64,000 nucleotides of DNA from an uncultured delta proteobacterium (lineage in GTDB: Bacteria; Desulfobacterota; Binatia; UBA9968), in the NCBI GenBank assembly GCA_963771465.1, contig CAVYTU010000015.1, positions 1,056,001 through 1,120,000 of the forward strand, in the 5' to 3' direction. The notes below the pieces were generated by a model. That model was given only the letters and a program-made list of their open reading frames with translations, was not told the origin of the DNA and did no database searches. Made by a program: the position numbers and the translations under genes. Of this stretch, positions 28,741-37,824 are shown piece after piece. The first letter of the stretch is position 1; each line of letters starts with the position of its first letter.

Positions 28741-31700
28741 CTAGTGCTTCTCAAGCCAATTTCGAATCAACGCGCCGACCGTCTCGGTATGATCCCGAAT
28801 AAACGAATCGTGGTTGCCGGTGCCGCGGTAGATCTGGATTCCTCCGCTAACATACTTGCCCCATCCCAGAGTGTTATCCTGTTTACGACTCGACATCTCA
28901 TCGGCAACCAACGAGAACACTGTGCCCCGATACTGCCGCGGACGATAACGCAAGAGAGCTTTGAGGTGGCTAGACTGATTATCGCGCAGCTCGCGCATGG
29001 ATGGCAGCTGTTGAGCGCCAGCCGCTGTCTTGGCGGACTTCAGATCGAATACTTCTTTCAACGTTTCCGACCGGTGCGTGACATAATTTATTCCCTCCCT
29101 CCATTCTAAACTCCGTAGCTTTTCGAAGTGGTATCGAAATCTCTCCCGATAATAGTACTGCCAGTTCGGTATCAGCTTCTCGATCACTCGCCAAGCGCGA
29201 TATCGATAGTAGCGCACCCTCGTGGGTCGAACCGTATCGAGGAATCCCAATAATCCCACCTCCTCCTCTTGATCTTGGAGTTGGCACGCTACCTCGTAAG
29301 CCACTACTCCTCCCAAACAATGTCCAAGCAAACAATACGGTCCTTCGGGCTGTATAGACTTGATCTCCTTAATAAAGTCCTTGGCCATCGCTTCAACACT
29401 TTCGTGGCCGCGCTCAGATCCTCGGGAACTCCGGGCTCTTAATCCATAAAATGGATATTCAACCCCCACAAAGTGGGCTATCTGCGCCAACGCCAACGCC
29501 TCGTTTTCACCGCCAAATCCACCTGGGAAGACAAAAACCGGAGATTTGCCATCCCCACCCTTTAACTTAAAAAGGTACGACCAGTTGCGCTCGCCGACCT
29601 TGTCCTGCGCGTTCCATTTCTCATCTCTGGCGTGTAAGTATTCCGCAACACCCGCAATCGTCGGAGATTCGAAGAAACTTCGTAGCGGCACTTCGCACTC
29701 AAATTCTTTTGCCATCAACGAAAGCAGTCGAATAGCCAGTAACGAGTGCCCTCCCGCAACGAAAAAATTATCATTCACTCCCACTTTCTCTACCTTGAGA
29801 ACTTCGGCCCATATCTGCGCCAACCGCTGTTCCGTAACACTTCGAGGCGCCAAATAAACTTCCTCGGACTCACGCCGGCTTTTCTCCGGCACTGGTAATG
29901 TTGAATGGTCTATTTTGCCATTGGCTGTCAGCGGCAGCTTATCAAGGAATACGAATGCGGAGGGCACCATATAGTCCGGTAGTTTCTCTTTGAGATATCC
30001 GCGTAGCTCGCTGGCTGTCAGACCACCTGACAATTTGCCGGCGACATATCCCACCAATTGCTTGTCTTTGAGGCTGTCTTCCTGGACGGTTACAACCGCT
30101 TCTCGTATCGCTGGATGTTCACCGAGCACGGTCTCGATCTCGCCTAACTCAATCCGATAACCACGTATCTTCACCTGGTTGTCGATGCGGCCCAAAAACT
30201 CGATGTTGCCGTCCGGCAAATACCGCGCCCGATCTCCGGTCTTGTAAAGGCGGCTTGTGGGGTCAACATTAAATGGGTTGGCGATAAACTTCTCAGCGGT
30301 CAACTCAGGACGATTAAGATATCCCCGTGCCAATCCGTCTCCGCCGATATGAAGCTCTCCCCCCACACCGATGGGGACGGGCTTTAGATGTGCATCGAGA
30401 ATATATACCTGGGTGTTGCCGATTGGCCTGCCGATGGGAATTGAAGATAAGTGGTGATCCCGTTGGCGCGGTATGGGATAGCAGCACGTAAACGTCGTGC
30501 TTTCGGTCGGCCCGTAGCCGTTGATAATCTTCGTGTTAGGTAACTCGGCGAGACCTTTTCTCACATGTGGCATCGAAAGCGCTTCGCCGCCGATCAGTAG
30601 CTGCTTTACCTCTGACAAGGCCTGCGGCTCTTCGTTGACCACTGTGTTAAACAAGGCTGTCGTCAACCATAATGTGGTGACTTGATGTTTCTTGAGAACT
30701 GCTCCTAGTTCACTCGGAGCAGGCACTTTCCCAGGAAGGATTACACATTTGGCTCCGTGCAGCAGTGCGCCCCACACCTCGAAAGTCGCAGCATCGAAAG
30801 AAATCGGCGCCAAATGAAGAAAAGTCTGCTCTCCGTCGAGTTCCACGTAGTCAACTCCAAACAATAAGCGCACGACGCCTCGATGGCGCACTTCCACTCC
30901 TTTGGGTTTACCGGTAGAGCCAGAGGTGTAAATCACATAGGCCAAGTTGTCGGCTGTGCTTTCGCTGTCTGGATTATCTCGCGGCTCTTTGGCTATCTCT
31001 TTCCACTCGCGATCAAGATAAATCACGCGGGCACTTGTTGGCGGCAGGCTCTTTAACGAAACCCTATCGGTCAACACTATGCCGACATGTGTGTCCTCTA
31101 ACATGAACCTCAAACGCTCTTTGGGATAACTCGCATCCAAGGGCACGTAGGCGCCACCGGCTTTGAGTATGCCGAGAATACCGATCACTAATTCAAGTGA
31201 CCGCTCCATGCAGAGCCCAACAAGAACATCCGGTCCAACCCCCAACTTCCGCAAATAGTGCGCTAGCTGATTGGCTTTGCTGTTCAGCTCTCTGTAGCTT
31301 ACTCGCCGATCCTCAAACACCAGCGCAACCGCGTCGGGCGTACGCTCTGTTTGCTCCTGAAATAGTTGGTGCACGCAGTCCCCTGGATAATGCCGCTGGG
31401 TATCGTTCCATTCGACTAACAACTGCTGCTTCTCGACCGAATTCAACAACGGAATGTCCAAGAGCTTTTGATCCGGGTCTGCCACAATCCCTTCCAGCAG
31501 TGTCAGGAAATGTCCTGCCATACGGCTGATTGTTGCCGCGTCAAAGAGCTCCGTGCGATACTCGATGCGCAAACTCATCTCCCGTTCGCGGTCGATAAAT
31601 GCCGCGAAGATATCGAATTTGGCAGTGAAAAAATCAATCTCCACAGGAGTCACTGTGAGTCCAGGGATCTCTAAGTTCGATCGCGGAACATTTTGCACCG

Positions 31701-32892
31701 CGAAGGCAACTTGGAATAACGGCGTCTGGCTCTGATTACGCCCAGGATTGAGTTCCTCAACGAGTTTTTCAAAGGGTAAGTCTTGGTGCTCATAAGCTTG
31801 CAACGCGGTTTCGCGCACGCACTCCAACAGTCCCCTAAACGTGGGATTGCCGGACAGTTTCGTCCTCAACACCATCATGTTCACGAAAAATCCGATCAAA
31901 CCTTCCGTTTCTGGACGCGTCCGGCCAGCAATCGGTGAGCCGACCACGACATCATCCTGCCCTGTGTAGCGATGCAGCAAGATCTGGAACGCCGCAAGTA
32001 ACGTCATGAACAAAGTTGCGCCTTCCCGATTGCCCAATAGCCTCACCTCATCGACGAGAGTTTTGGACAATGTGAAGAATTGTTTAGCGCCGCGATTACT
32101 CGATAATGAACTCCGTGGCCGGTCCGTTGGCAGTTCGAGAACCGGAAGATTTTGCAATTGCGCTGACCAGTAGCGAAGCTGCTTTTCCAATTCTTCGCCT
32201 TGCAGCCGTCCTCGCTGCCACACGGCGTAGTCGGCGTACTGAATTGGCAATTCGGGGAGCGGGCTTGGCAGACCCTGAACAAACGAGTTGTAAAGCGCAG
32301 TCAGCTCGCGCAAAAAAACCCCGCCTGACCATCCGTCGGAAGCGATATGATGCTGCACTTCGACTAGAACATGGGAATGGAGACTCAATCGGACCAGCAT
32401 TACGCGTAGCGGCAGGTCCCTGCTAAGATCGAATGGCCTTTCTCTGAGCTCAGCAGCGATTCGCTGCACTTCATCGTGCCGTCGACTTTCAATAACGTCA
32501 CTGATGTCGAAGACGAGCAAGTCAACATTCTCGACTGTGCCGATCCGTTGCACGGGTTCTCCACCCTCGATCAGACTGTAGGTGGTACGCAGCACCTCAT
32601 GCCTATCGATGATGGCATGGACTGCACTGCGCAGCGCATCAATATCAAGCGGTCCGTCCAAACGAAGCGCCGATCTCTCGTTATAAGCACAACTTTCAGG
32701 ATCCAATTGGTTGAGAAACCACAATCGCTGCTGCGCGAACGATAGTGGTGCTGAGTCTCCACGAGCTCGACGCGGGATGGTCAAGTTCTCACCTCGACTG
32801 CCACGGCCTTGCTGTAATTTGAGCTCAAGGAGCGCTCGCTTCGCCGGCGAAAGACCCGCAAGACGCTCTGTCAACTTGTCGGTTTCCATCAT
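28741..32892 (-). CDS. NRPS termination module C-A-T-TE (A code read as DAFWLGGTFK, Val-like; TE with Cys nucleophile)
   Basis: N-terminal LAGLSPAKRALLELKL; C motif HHIASDGWS; A motifs YTSGSTGKPKG, SFDAATF, YGPTE; T motif GGHSL; TE motif GHCLGG. Confidence 0.93.
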   Translation of the reverse strand: MMETDKLTERLAGLSPAKRALLELKLQQGRGSRGENLTIPRRARGDSAPLSFAQQRLWFLNQLDPESCAYNERSALRLDGPLDIDALRSAVHAIIDRHEVLRTTYSLIEGGEPVQRIGTVENVDLLVFDISDVIESRRHDEVQRIAAELRERPFDLSRDLPLRVMLVRLSLHSHVLVEVQHHIASDGWSGGVFLRELTALYNSFVQGLPSPLPELPIQYADYAVWQRGRLQGEELEKQLRYWSAQLQNLPVLELPTDRPRSSLSSNRGAKQFFTLSKTLVDEVRLLGNREGATLFMTLLAAFQILLHRYTGQDDVVVGSPIAGRTRPETEGLIGFFVNMMVLRTKLSGNPTFRGLLECVRETALQAYEHQDLPFEKLVEELNPGRNQSQTPLFQVAFAVQNVPRSNLEIPGLTVTPVEIDFFTAKFDIFAAFIDREREMSLRIEYRTELFDAATISRMAGHFLTLLEGIVADPDQKLLDIPLLNSVEKQQLLVEWNDTQRHYPGDCVHQLFQEQTERTPDAVALVFEDRRVSYRELNSKANQLAHYLRKLGVGPDVLVGLCMERSLELVIGILGILKAGGAYVPLDASYPKERLRFMLEDTHVGIVLTDRVSLKSLPPTSARVIYLDREWKEIAKEPRDNPDSESTADNLAYVIYTSGSTGKPKGVEVRHRGVVRLLFGVDYVELDGEQTFLHLAPISFDAATFEVWGALLHGAKCVILPGKVPAPSELGAVLKKHQVTTLWLTTALFNTVVNEEPQALSEVKQLLIGGEALSMPHVRKGLAELPNTKIINGYGPTESTTFTCCYPIPRQRDHHLSSIPIGRPIGNTQVYILDAHLKPVPIGVGGELHIGGDGLARGYLNRPELTAEKFIANPFNVDPTSRLYKTGDRARYLPDGNIEFLGRIDNQVKIRGYRIELGEIETVLGEHPAIREAVVTVQEDSLKDKQLVGYVAGKLSGGLTASELRGYLKEKLPDYMVPSAFVFLDKLPLTANGKIDHSTLPVPEKSRRESEEVYLAPRSVTEQRLAQIWAEVLKVEKVGVNDNFFVAGGHSLLAIRLLSLMAKEFECEVPLRSFFESPTIAGVAEYLHARDEKWNAQDKVGERNWSYLFKLKGGDGKSPVFVFPGGFGGENEALALAQIAHFVGVEYPFYGLRARSSRGSERGHESVEAMAKDFIKEIKSIQPEGPYCLLGHCLGGVVAYEVACQLQDQEEEVGLLGFLDTVRPTRVRYYRYRAWRVIEKLIPNWQYYYRERFRYHFEKLRSLEWREGINYVTHRSETLKEVFDLKSAKTAAGAQQLPSMRELRDNQSSHLKALLRYRPRQYRGTVFSLVADEMSSRKQDNTLGWGKYVSGGIQIYRGTGNHDSFIRDHTETVGALIRNWLEKH

Positions 32893-35800
32893 TGCTCCGT
32901 CTTCGTTAGCCGGTCTTTGTAGCCTTGCTCAGCATCGTCATTAGACATCGATTCTAGCTCCTCCAGAATTCGTTCCATTTCCGTTTCATTCATTTGTCCA
33001 GTCTGCTGCCGGGTTATGACCGTCGCTAAATCTCCTACCGTCGGCGCTTCGAACAGGCTGCGCAATGGAATATCCAATTTGAGAATAGCTCGCATTCGTG
33101 ACACCACCTGCGTAGCAAGTAACGAATGCCCGCCCAACTCAAAAAAGTTGTCGTCCATCCCAACCCTATCCACGCGCAATACTTCCGCCCATATCTCCGC
33201 TATCTTTTCTTCCACCGGCGTTCGCGGCGCAATAAATTCACTGCGTTGAACTGATCCCGGCGCCGGCAATAATCCGCGGTCTACTTTGCCACTCGGAGTT
33301 AACGGCAATTCATCCAACCGCACTAGGGCGGAAGGAATCATATACTCGGGAAGTCTTTGCTTGAGATATTTCCTCACATCCGAAGCGTCGAACGACTGTT
33401 CCCGCCGCGCTACCAAATAAGCCACGAGCCGCTTGTCCCCAGAATGGTCCTCCCGAACCATTGCAATTGCTTCTCGTATCGCCAGATGTTGAGCGAGCGT
33501 CGTCTCGATCTCGCCCAACTCAACCCGATAACCGCGTATCTTTATCTGATGATCTATTCGTCCCAAAAACTCGATGTTCCCATCCGCTAGGTAACGAGCG
33601 TGATCGCCGGTCCGGTACAAGCGCCTGGGCGGCTCCCCGCCCAAGGAGTGATAGATGAATTTCTCCGCCGTCAGCTCGGGCTGGTTTAAGTAACCTCGCG
33701 CCAAACCGTCTCCGCCGATGTGGATCTCACCAACTACACCGATTGGAACCGGTGCTAAATATTGATCGAGAATGTAGATTTGCGTATTCGCAATCGGCCG
33801 GCCTATCGGCACCCAACCTGGTGAATCATTTTCACGACATTCGTAATAGGTTGCGTCAATCGCGGCTTCCGTCGGACCGTACAGATTGATTAACGGCACG
33901 TTTAGCTGCCGACGAAACCGAGTGTTCAGCTCCGCCGATAAAGGCTCGCCACCGCAAAAAACACGGCGCAAACTGCCACACTTCGCCATGTTTTCCTGCA
34001 GCATCATTTTGAGCAATGTGGGCCCTACTTGTAGAATAGTAATTCGTTCGTTCAGCAAAAACTTGGCCAGATATTCAGCGTCCCTATAGCCTTCGGGCCT
34101 CGCCAACACCAATTGTGCGCCGGAGATCAATGGAGCGAAAAACTCCCACACCGAGGCATCAAAACTGAGCGGCGTTCTCTGTGCCACACGATCATCCTGA
34201 GCCAGTGGAAACGCTTCGAGCATCCACATCATGTGATTACAGATCGAGCTATGGGGTATCGCTACCCCCTTCGGGTTTCCAGTTGAACCCGAGGTGTAGA
34301 TCACGTAGGCGATATTGCCATTGTCGGCTTCGCTGGGAAGGTTCGCCGTGCTTTCGCCAGCGACTTTTTGCCATTCCTGGTCTAGGTAAACCGTCTGTCC
34401 GTCATACTTCGGCAGTCGTCGCGACAGCGCTTGGAAGGTCAATAGCACCGCGACCCCGCTATCGTTCAACATGTATCCCAGTCGTGCTTCTGGATAGGTT
34501 GGATCCAACGGCAGGTAGGCTCCACCACTCTTGAGCACTCCCAACAAAGCGATGACCATCTCAAGGGATCGCTCTAGGCACATGCCCACCACAATGTCTG
34601 GTCCAACGCCGAGCTTGCGTAGGTAACGCCCCAGTTGGTTGGCGCGATCGTTCAGTTCTCGGTATGTGAACTGCTGGTCTTCAAAAACAATAGCCACGGC
34701 TCCAGGCGTTCGCTCGACCTGCTCTTCAAACAATTGATGAATACATTTGTTCGAAGGATAATCCCGCTTGGTGTCGTTCCACTCCTCCAAAAGCTGATGC
34801 TTCTCCGGTTCGGTGAGCAACGGTAAGTCACTTATCCGCTGGTTCGGATTGGTCACTATCCCTTCAAGCAAGGTTTGAAAATGGCCAAGCATGCGACACA
34901 CCGTGGTTGAATCAAAAAGCTCCGTGGAGTATTCAAGCTGCCCCTCGAACCCTTCCGTGGTTTCAGTCAAAGCCAAAGTGAGATCAATTTTCGCAGCGCT
35001 TTGGTGAATATTTATCGGGCTAACCACTAACTCCGGCACCGTAAAATCATTTCTAGGATAATTCTGTAATGCGAACATTACTTGAAACAATGGTGACACG
35101 CTCAGAATGCGCTCCGGCCGAAGTTCCTCCACCAGTTTTTCAAACGGCAAGTCCTGATGTGCATAGCTCTGCAGCGCTGTCCGCTTTACCTTGGACAGTA
35201 ACTCGCGAACAGTTGGTTTGCCGGAGAGATCGCTGCGCAATACCAGCGTATTCGCGAAAAATCCAATCAAACCTTCCAATTCCACGTAATTTCGGTTAGC
35301 TATCGGTGATCCAATACAAATGTCCTCCTGGCCACTGTAGCGAGACAGCAATGTTTGAAAAGCCGCTAACAATGTCATGAACAGCGTGACGCCCTCATTG
35401 CGACTCAATCGCTTAATTCCTTGGGTTAGCTCCCTGGAAAGCTTAAATGCGCGTCGGGCTCCTCGATAACTTCGTATTGCGGGCCTAGGCCGATCCGTGG
35501 GTAGCTGTAGCGTGGGCAGATCTTGGAGCTGTTTTTTCCAGTAATCTAACTGGCTCGCTACAATCGTTCCGCTCAACCATTCGCGCTGCCATGCGGCGTA
35601 GTCAGCGTACTGAATCGGTAATTCAGGAAGTGAAACTGATTTTCTTTCCAAAAATGCTTTGTAGAAAACCGCCAACTCGCGCCACAAGATGCCGGAGGAC
35701 CAGCCGTCCGATGCAACGTGGTGCATGACGACGACGAGAACATGGTGATTCAATTCTAAACGCAGTAACCCGGCGCGCAGCATTTGATCTCGCCTCAGAT

Positions 35801-36221
35801 CGAATAGACGCTCCGTCAAATCAGCGATCATTCGCTGCACTCGCCCGTCTCGTTCGCTCTGGGGGCATGCAGATAGGTCGATGATGGCAAGTTCAACAGC
35901 TTGCGGCGGGCCAATCTGCTGAATCGGATTACGGCCTTCGTCCACGATATAGGTTGTTCTTAATACTTCGTGCCGCTCAACGATTGCATCCAGGGCACTC
36001 CTCAGCGCACCCACATCTAATGTTCCATCGAGGCGAAGCGCCCTCGCCATATTGTACGCGCAATTTTCTGGCTCCAGTTGATTTAAGAACCACAGTCGCT
36101 CCTGCGCGAACGATAACGGAACGAACTGTCGATCTGTTTTCCTCGGAATGAATTGTTTCTGCATAAAGTCTCGCCCCGCAACGGTTTCCCTATTCGGTCG
36201 GATAAGCGGCAAAGGGATCAA
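32889..36221 (-). CDS. NRPS module C-A-T (A code read as DAWQFGLIDK, Gln-like); likely start ATG 36164
   Basis: HHVASDGWS; SFDASVWEFF; NLYGPTEAAID; GGHSL; C-terminal EMERILEELESMSNDDA tail. Confidence 0.93.
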   Translation of the reverse strand: MIPLPLIRPNRETVAGRDFMQKQFIPRKTDRQFVPLSFAQERLWFLNQLEPENCAYNMARALRLDGTLDVGALRSALDAIVERHEVLRTTYIVDEGRNPIQQIGPPQAVELAIIDLSACPQSERDGRVQRMIADLTERLFDLRRDQMLRAGLLRLELNHHVLVVVMHHVASDGWSSGILWRELAVFYKAFLERKSVSLPELPIQYADYAAWQREWLSGTIVASQLDYWKKQLQDLPTLQLPTDRPRPAIRSYRGARRAFKLSRELTQGIKRLSRNEGVTLFMTLLAAFQTLLSRYSGQEDICIGSPIANRNYVELEGLIGFFANTLVLRSDLSGKPTVRELLSKVKRTALQSYAHQDLPFEKLVEELRPERILSVSPLFQVMFALQNYPRNDFTVPELVVSPINIHQSAAKIDLTLALTETTEGFEGQLEYSTELFDSTTVCRMLGHFQTLLEGIVTNPNQRISDLPLLTEPEKHQLLEEWNDTKRDYPSNKCIHQLFEEQVERTPGAVAIVFEDQQFTYRELNDRANQLGRYLRKLGVGPDIVVGMCLERSLEMVIALLGVLKSGGAYLPLDPTYPEARLGYMLNDSGVAVLLTFQALSRRLPKYDGQTVYLDQEWQKVAGESTANLPSEADNGNIAYVIYTSGSTGNPKGVAIPHSSICNHMMWMLEAFPLAQDDRVAQRTPLSFDASVWEFFAPLISGAQLVLARPEGYRDAEYLAKFLLNERITILQVGPTLLKMMLQENMAKCGSLRRVFCGGEPLSAELNTRFRRQLNVPLINLYGPTEAAIDATYYECRENDSPGWVPIGRPIANTQIYILDQYLAPVPIGVVGEIHIGGDGLARGYLNQPELTAEKFIYHSLGGEPPRRLYRTGDHARYLADGNIEFLGRIDHQIKIRGYRVELGEIETTLAQHLAIREAIAMVREDHSGDKRLVAYLVARREQSFDASDVRKYLKQRLPEYMIPSALVRLDELPLTPSGKVDRGLLPAPGSVQRSEFIAPRTPVEEKIAEIWAEVLRVDRVGMDDNFFELGGHSLLATQVVSRMRAILKLDIPLRSLFEAPTVGDLATVITRQQTGQMNETEMERILEELESMSNDDAEQGYKDRLTKTEQ

Positions 36222-37824
36222 CCGTCACATTGATGCAGGCCGCGCTACCCGAAGCCAAAGATCGTTCCAACGCTGGTTTTAATTGTTCGGGACGCACTAC
36301 ATGTTCGGCATGACCGCCGAAGGCACGCATAATGTTCTCGTAGTGAATGTCGGGTTGAAACATGGTGATCCGCTCCTGGCAATTTGGGAAGAAGGATTTC
36401 TCCATGATCGCACCCGTATTGCCCTCATTGTTGACCACGACGACAATGACGGGAATTCGATGGCGGACGGCCGTCTCCATATCCATAGCGCTCAACGCGA
36501 AACCCATATCGCCGCACACCGCGACAACCATCCGATCTGGCTGAGCGAGTTTCGCGCCGATTGCAAAGGGAACTCCGACTCCCATACAGCCATTACTCCC
36601 CGCGGTAAATCGGGACGCTGGCAAGTAAGCGGGTAAGACCTGCTGTCCAGCAGCCATGGAAACGTTGCCGTCGAGTACACAGATCGCGTCGCGCGGCAGA
36701 AACTCTTTGATCTCCTTGAACATGCGATGTGGTGACATGGGCAGCGCGGCACAACTCATATGCGCGTCCCGTTTGCGTTGTCTACGTTCTCGCTCCGCTT
36801 CGAGTTCTGTGAACCACGGCTGCAAATTCCCTTTCGGCGCGGCATTCATTTTATGCGTCAGACGAGCCAAGATTTTCTGCAGAGCCAACTTTACATCGCC
36901 AACGATTCCGATCGTCGGAGCGCGATTCGCCCCAATCTCACGCTCATGAATATCGATCTGTATCAATTTCGCATCCCGCGCGATCTGTGTACCGAAGCGA
37001 AAAGTCCAATCCAGCCGGGCGCCCAATAACAAAACCACGTCCGCCTTTTGCTGGAGGAGCCCCCGCGCATCGTTAAGACATCGCAGGTGATCGTCCGGCA
37101 AATAGCCCCGGCCCATGGGGGATGTGATAAATGGAATATCAAACTCATCGGCCATCCGTCTTAGTTCCGCGTACGGCTCGGACCAACGAACTCCCTTGCC
37201 GACAATCATGGCTGGCCGCTGCGCGTGCAAGAAAAGCTCGGCCGCCGCCTCTATCTTGCTCTCGTCGAGTTGTGGCATGTCGGCGGATACGACCGCGGAA
37301 TCGTCGGACGACTCACCCATAGCCGTCAAAACGTCCTCAGGCATATCAAGGTACACCGGTCCAGGCCGTCCGCTCATGGCGATTCGGAAGGCCTCTTGGA
37401 TGTGATCTTGAATTTGCGAAGTTTTTTCGACTACTGCGGCCCATTTCGTTATCGAATGAAAAATCGACACTGCGTCTAGCTCTTGAAATGAACCCATGCC
37501 GCGCATACTCAACGGCCGTCTGCCACCCAAGACCACCAACGGCCAACAGTTATCCTTGGCAACAAGAATGCCCGTCGCAGCGTTAGTGATCGCCGGTCCC
37601 GCCGAGAATAGCGCCACCGCGGCGATGCGTCCGATGACGTAGTTCTGGGCGAGCGCCATCAACACGCCAGCTTGTTGATTCCGTACGCCGATCGGACGAA
37701 TACCCAGCTCAGCGCAATTCGAAAAAGTTTCTCTGACGGGTGTGCCCGCTACGCAGTACACATGGGTGACGCCTAAGCCCTTCAAGCTATGCGCCACCAA
37801 TGTATGACCATTGATTCTGGTCAA
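36190..37824 (-). CDS. TPP-dependent enzyme, oxalyl-CoA decarboxylase / 2-hydroxyacyl-CoA lyase family
   Basis: RNQQAG, NCWPLVVLGG, GSFQELD, SGRPGPVYLD, PMGRG, GDMGF...VVNN TPP motif; TTG start overlaps the upstream TGA. Confidence 0.85.
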   Translation of the reverse strand: MTRINGHTLVAHSLKGLGVTHVYCVAGTPVRETFSNCAELGIRPIGVRNQQAGVLMALAQNYVIGRIAAVALFSAGPAITNAATGILVAKDNCWPLVVLGGRRPLSMRGMGSFQELDAVSIFHSITKWAAVVEKTSQIQDHIQEAFRIAMSGRPGPVYLDMPEDVLTAMGESSDDSAVVSADMPQLDESKIEAAAELFLHAQRPAMIVGKGVRWSEPYAELRRMADEFDIPFITSPMGRGYLPDDHLRCLNDARGLLQQKADVVLLLGARLDWTFRFGTQIARDAKLIQIDIHEREIGANRAPTIGIVGDVKLALQKILARLTHKMNAAPKGNLQPWFTELEAERERRQRKRDAHMSCAALPMSPHRMFKEIKEFLPRDAICVLDGNVSMAAGQQVLPAYLPASRFTAGSNGCMGVGVPFAIGAKLAQPDRMVVAVCGDMGFALSAMDMETAVRHRIPVIVVVVNNEGNTGAIMEKSFFPNCQERITMFQPDIHYENIMRAFGGHAEHVVRPEQLKPALERSLASGSAACINVTVDPFAAYPTE

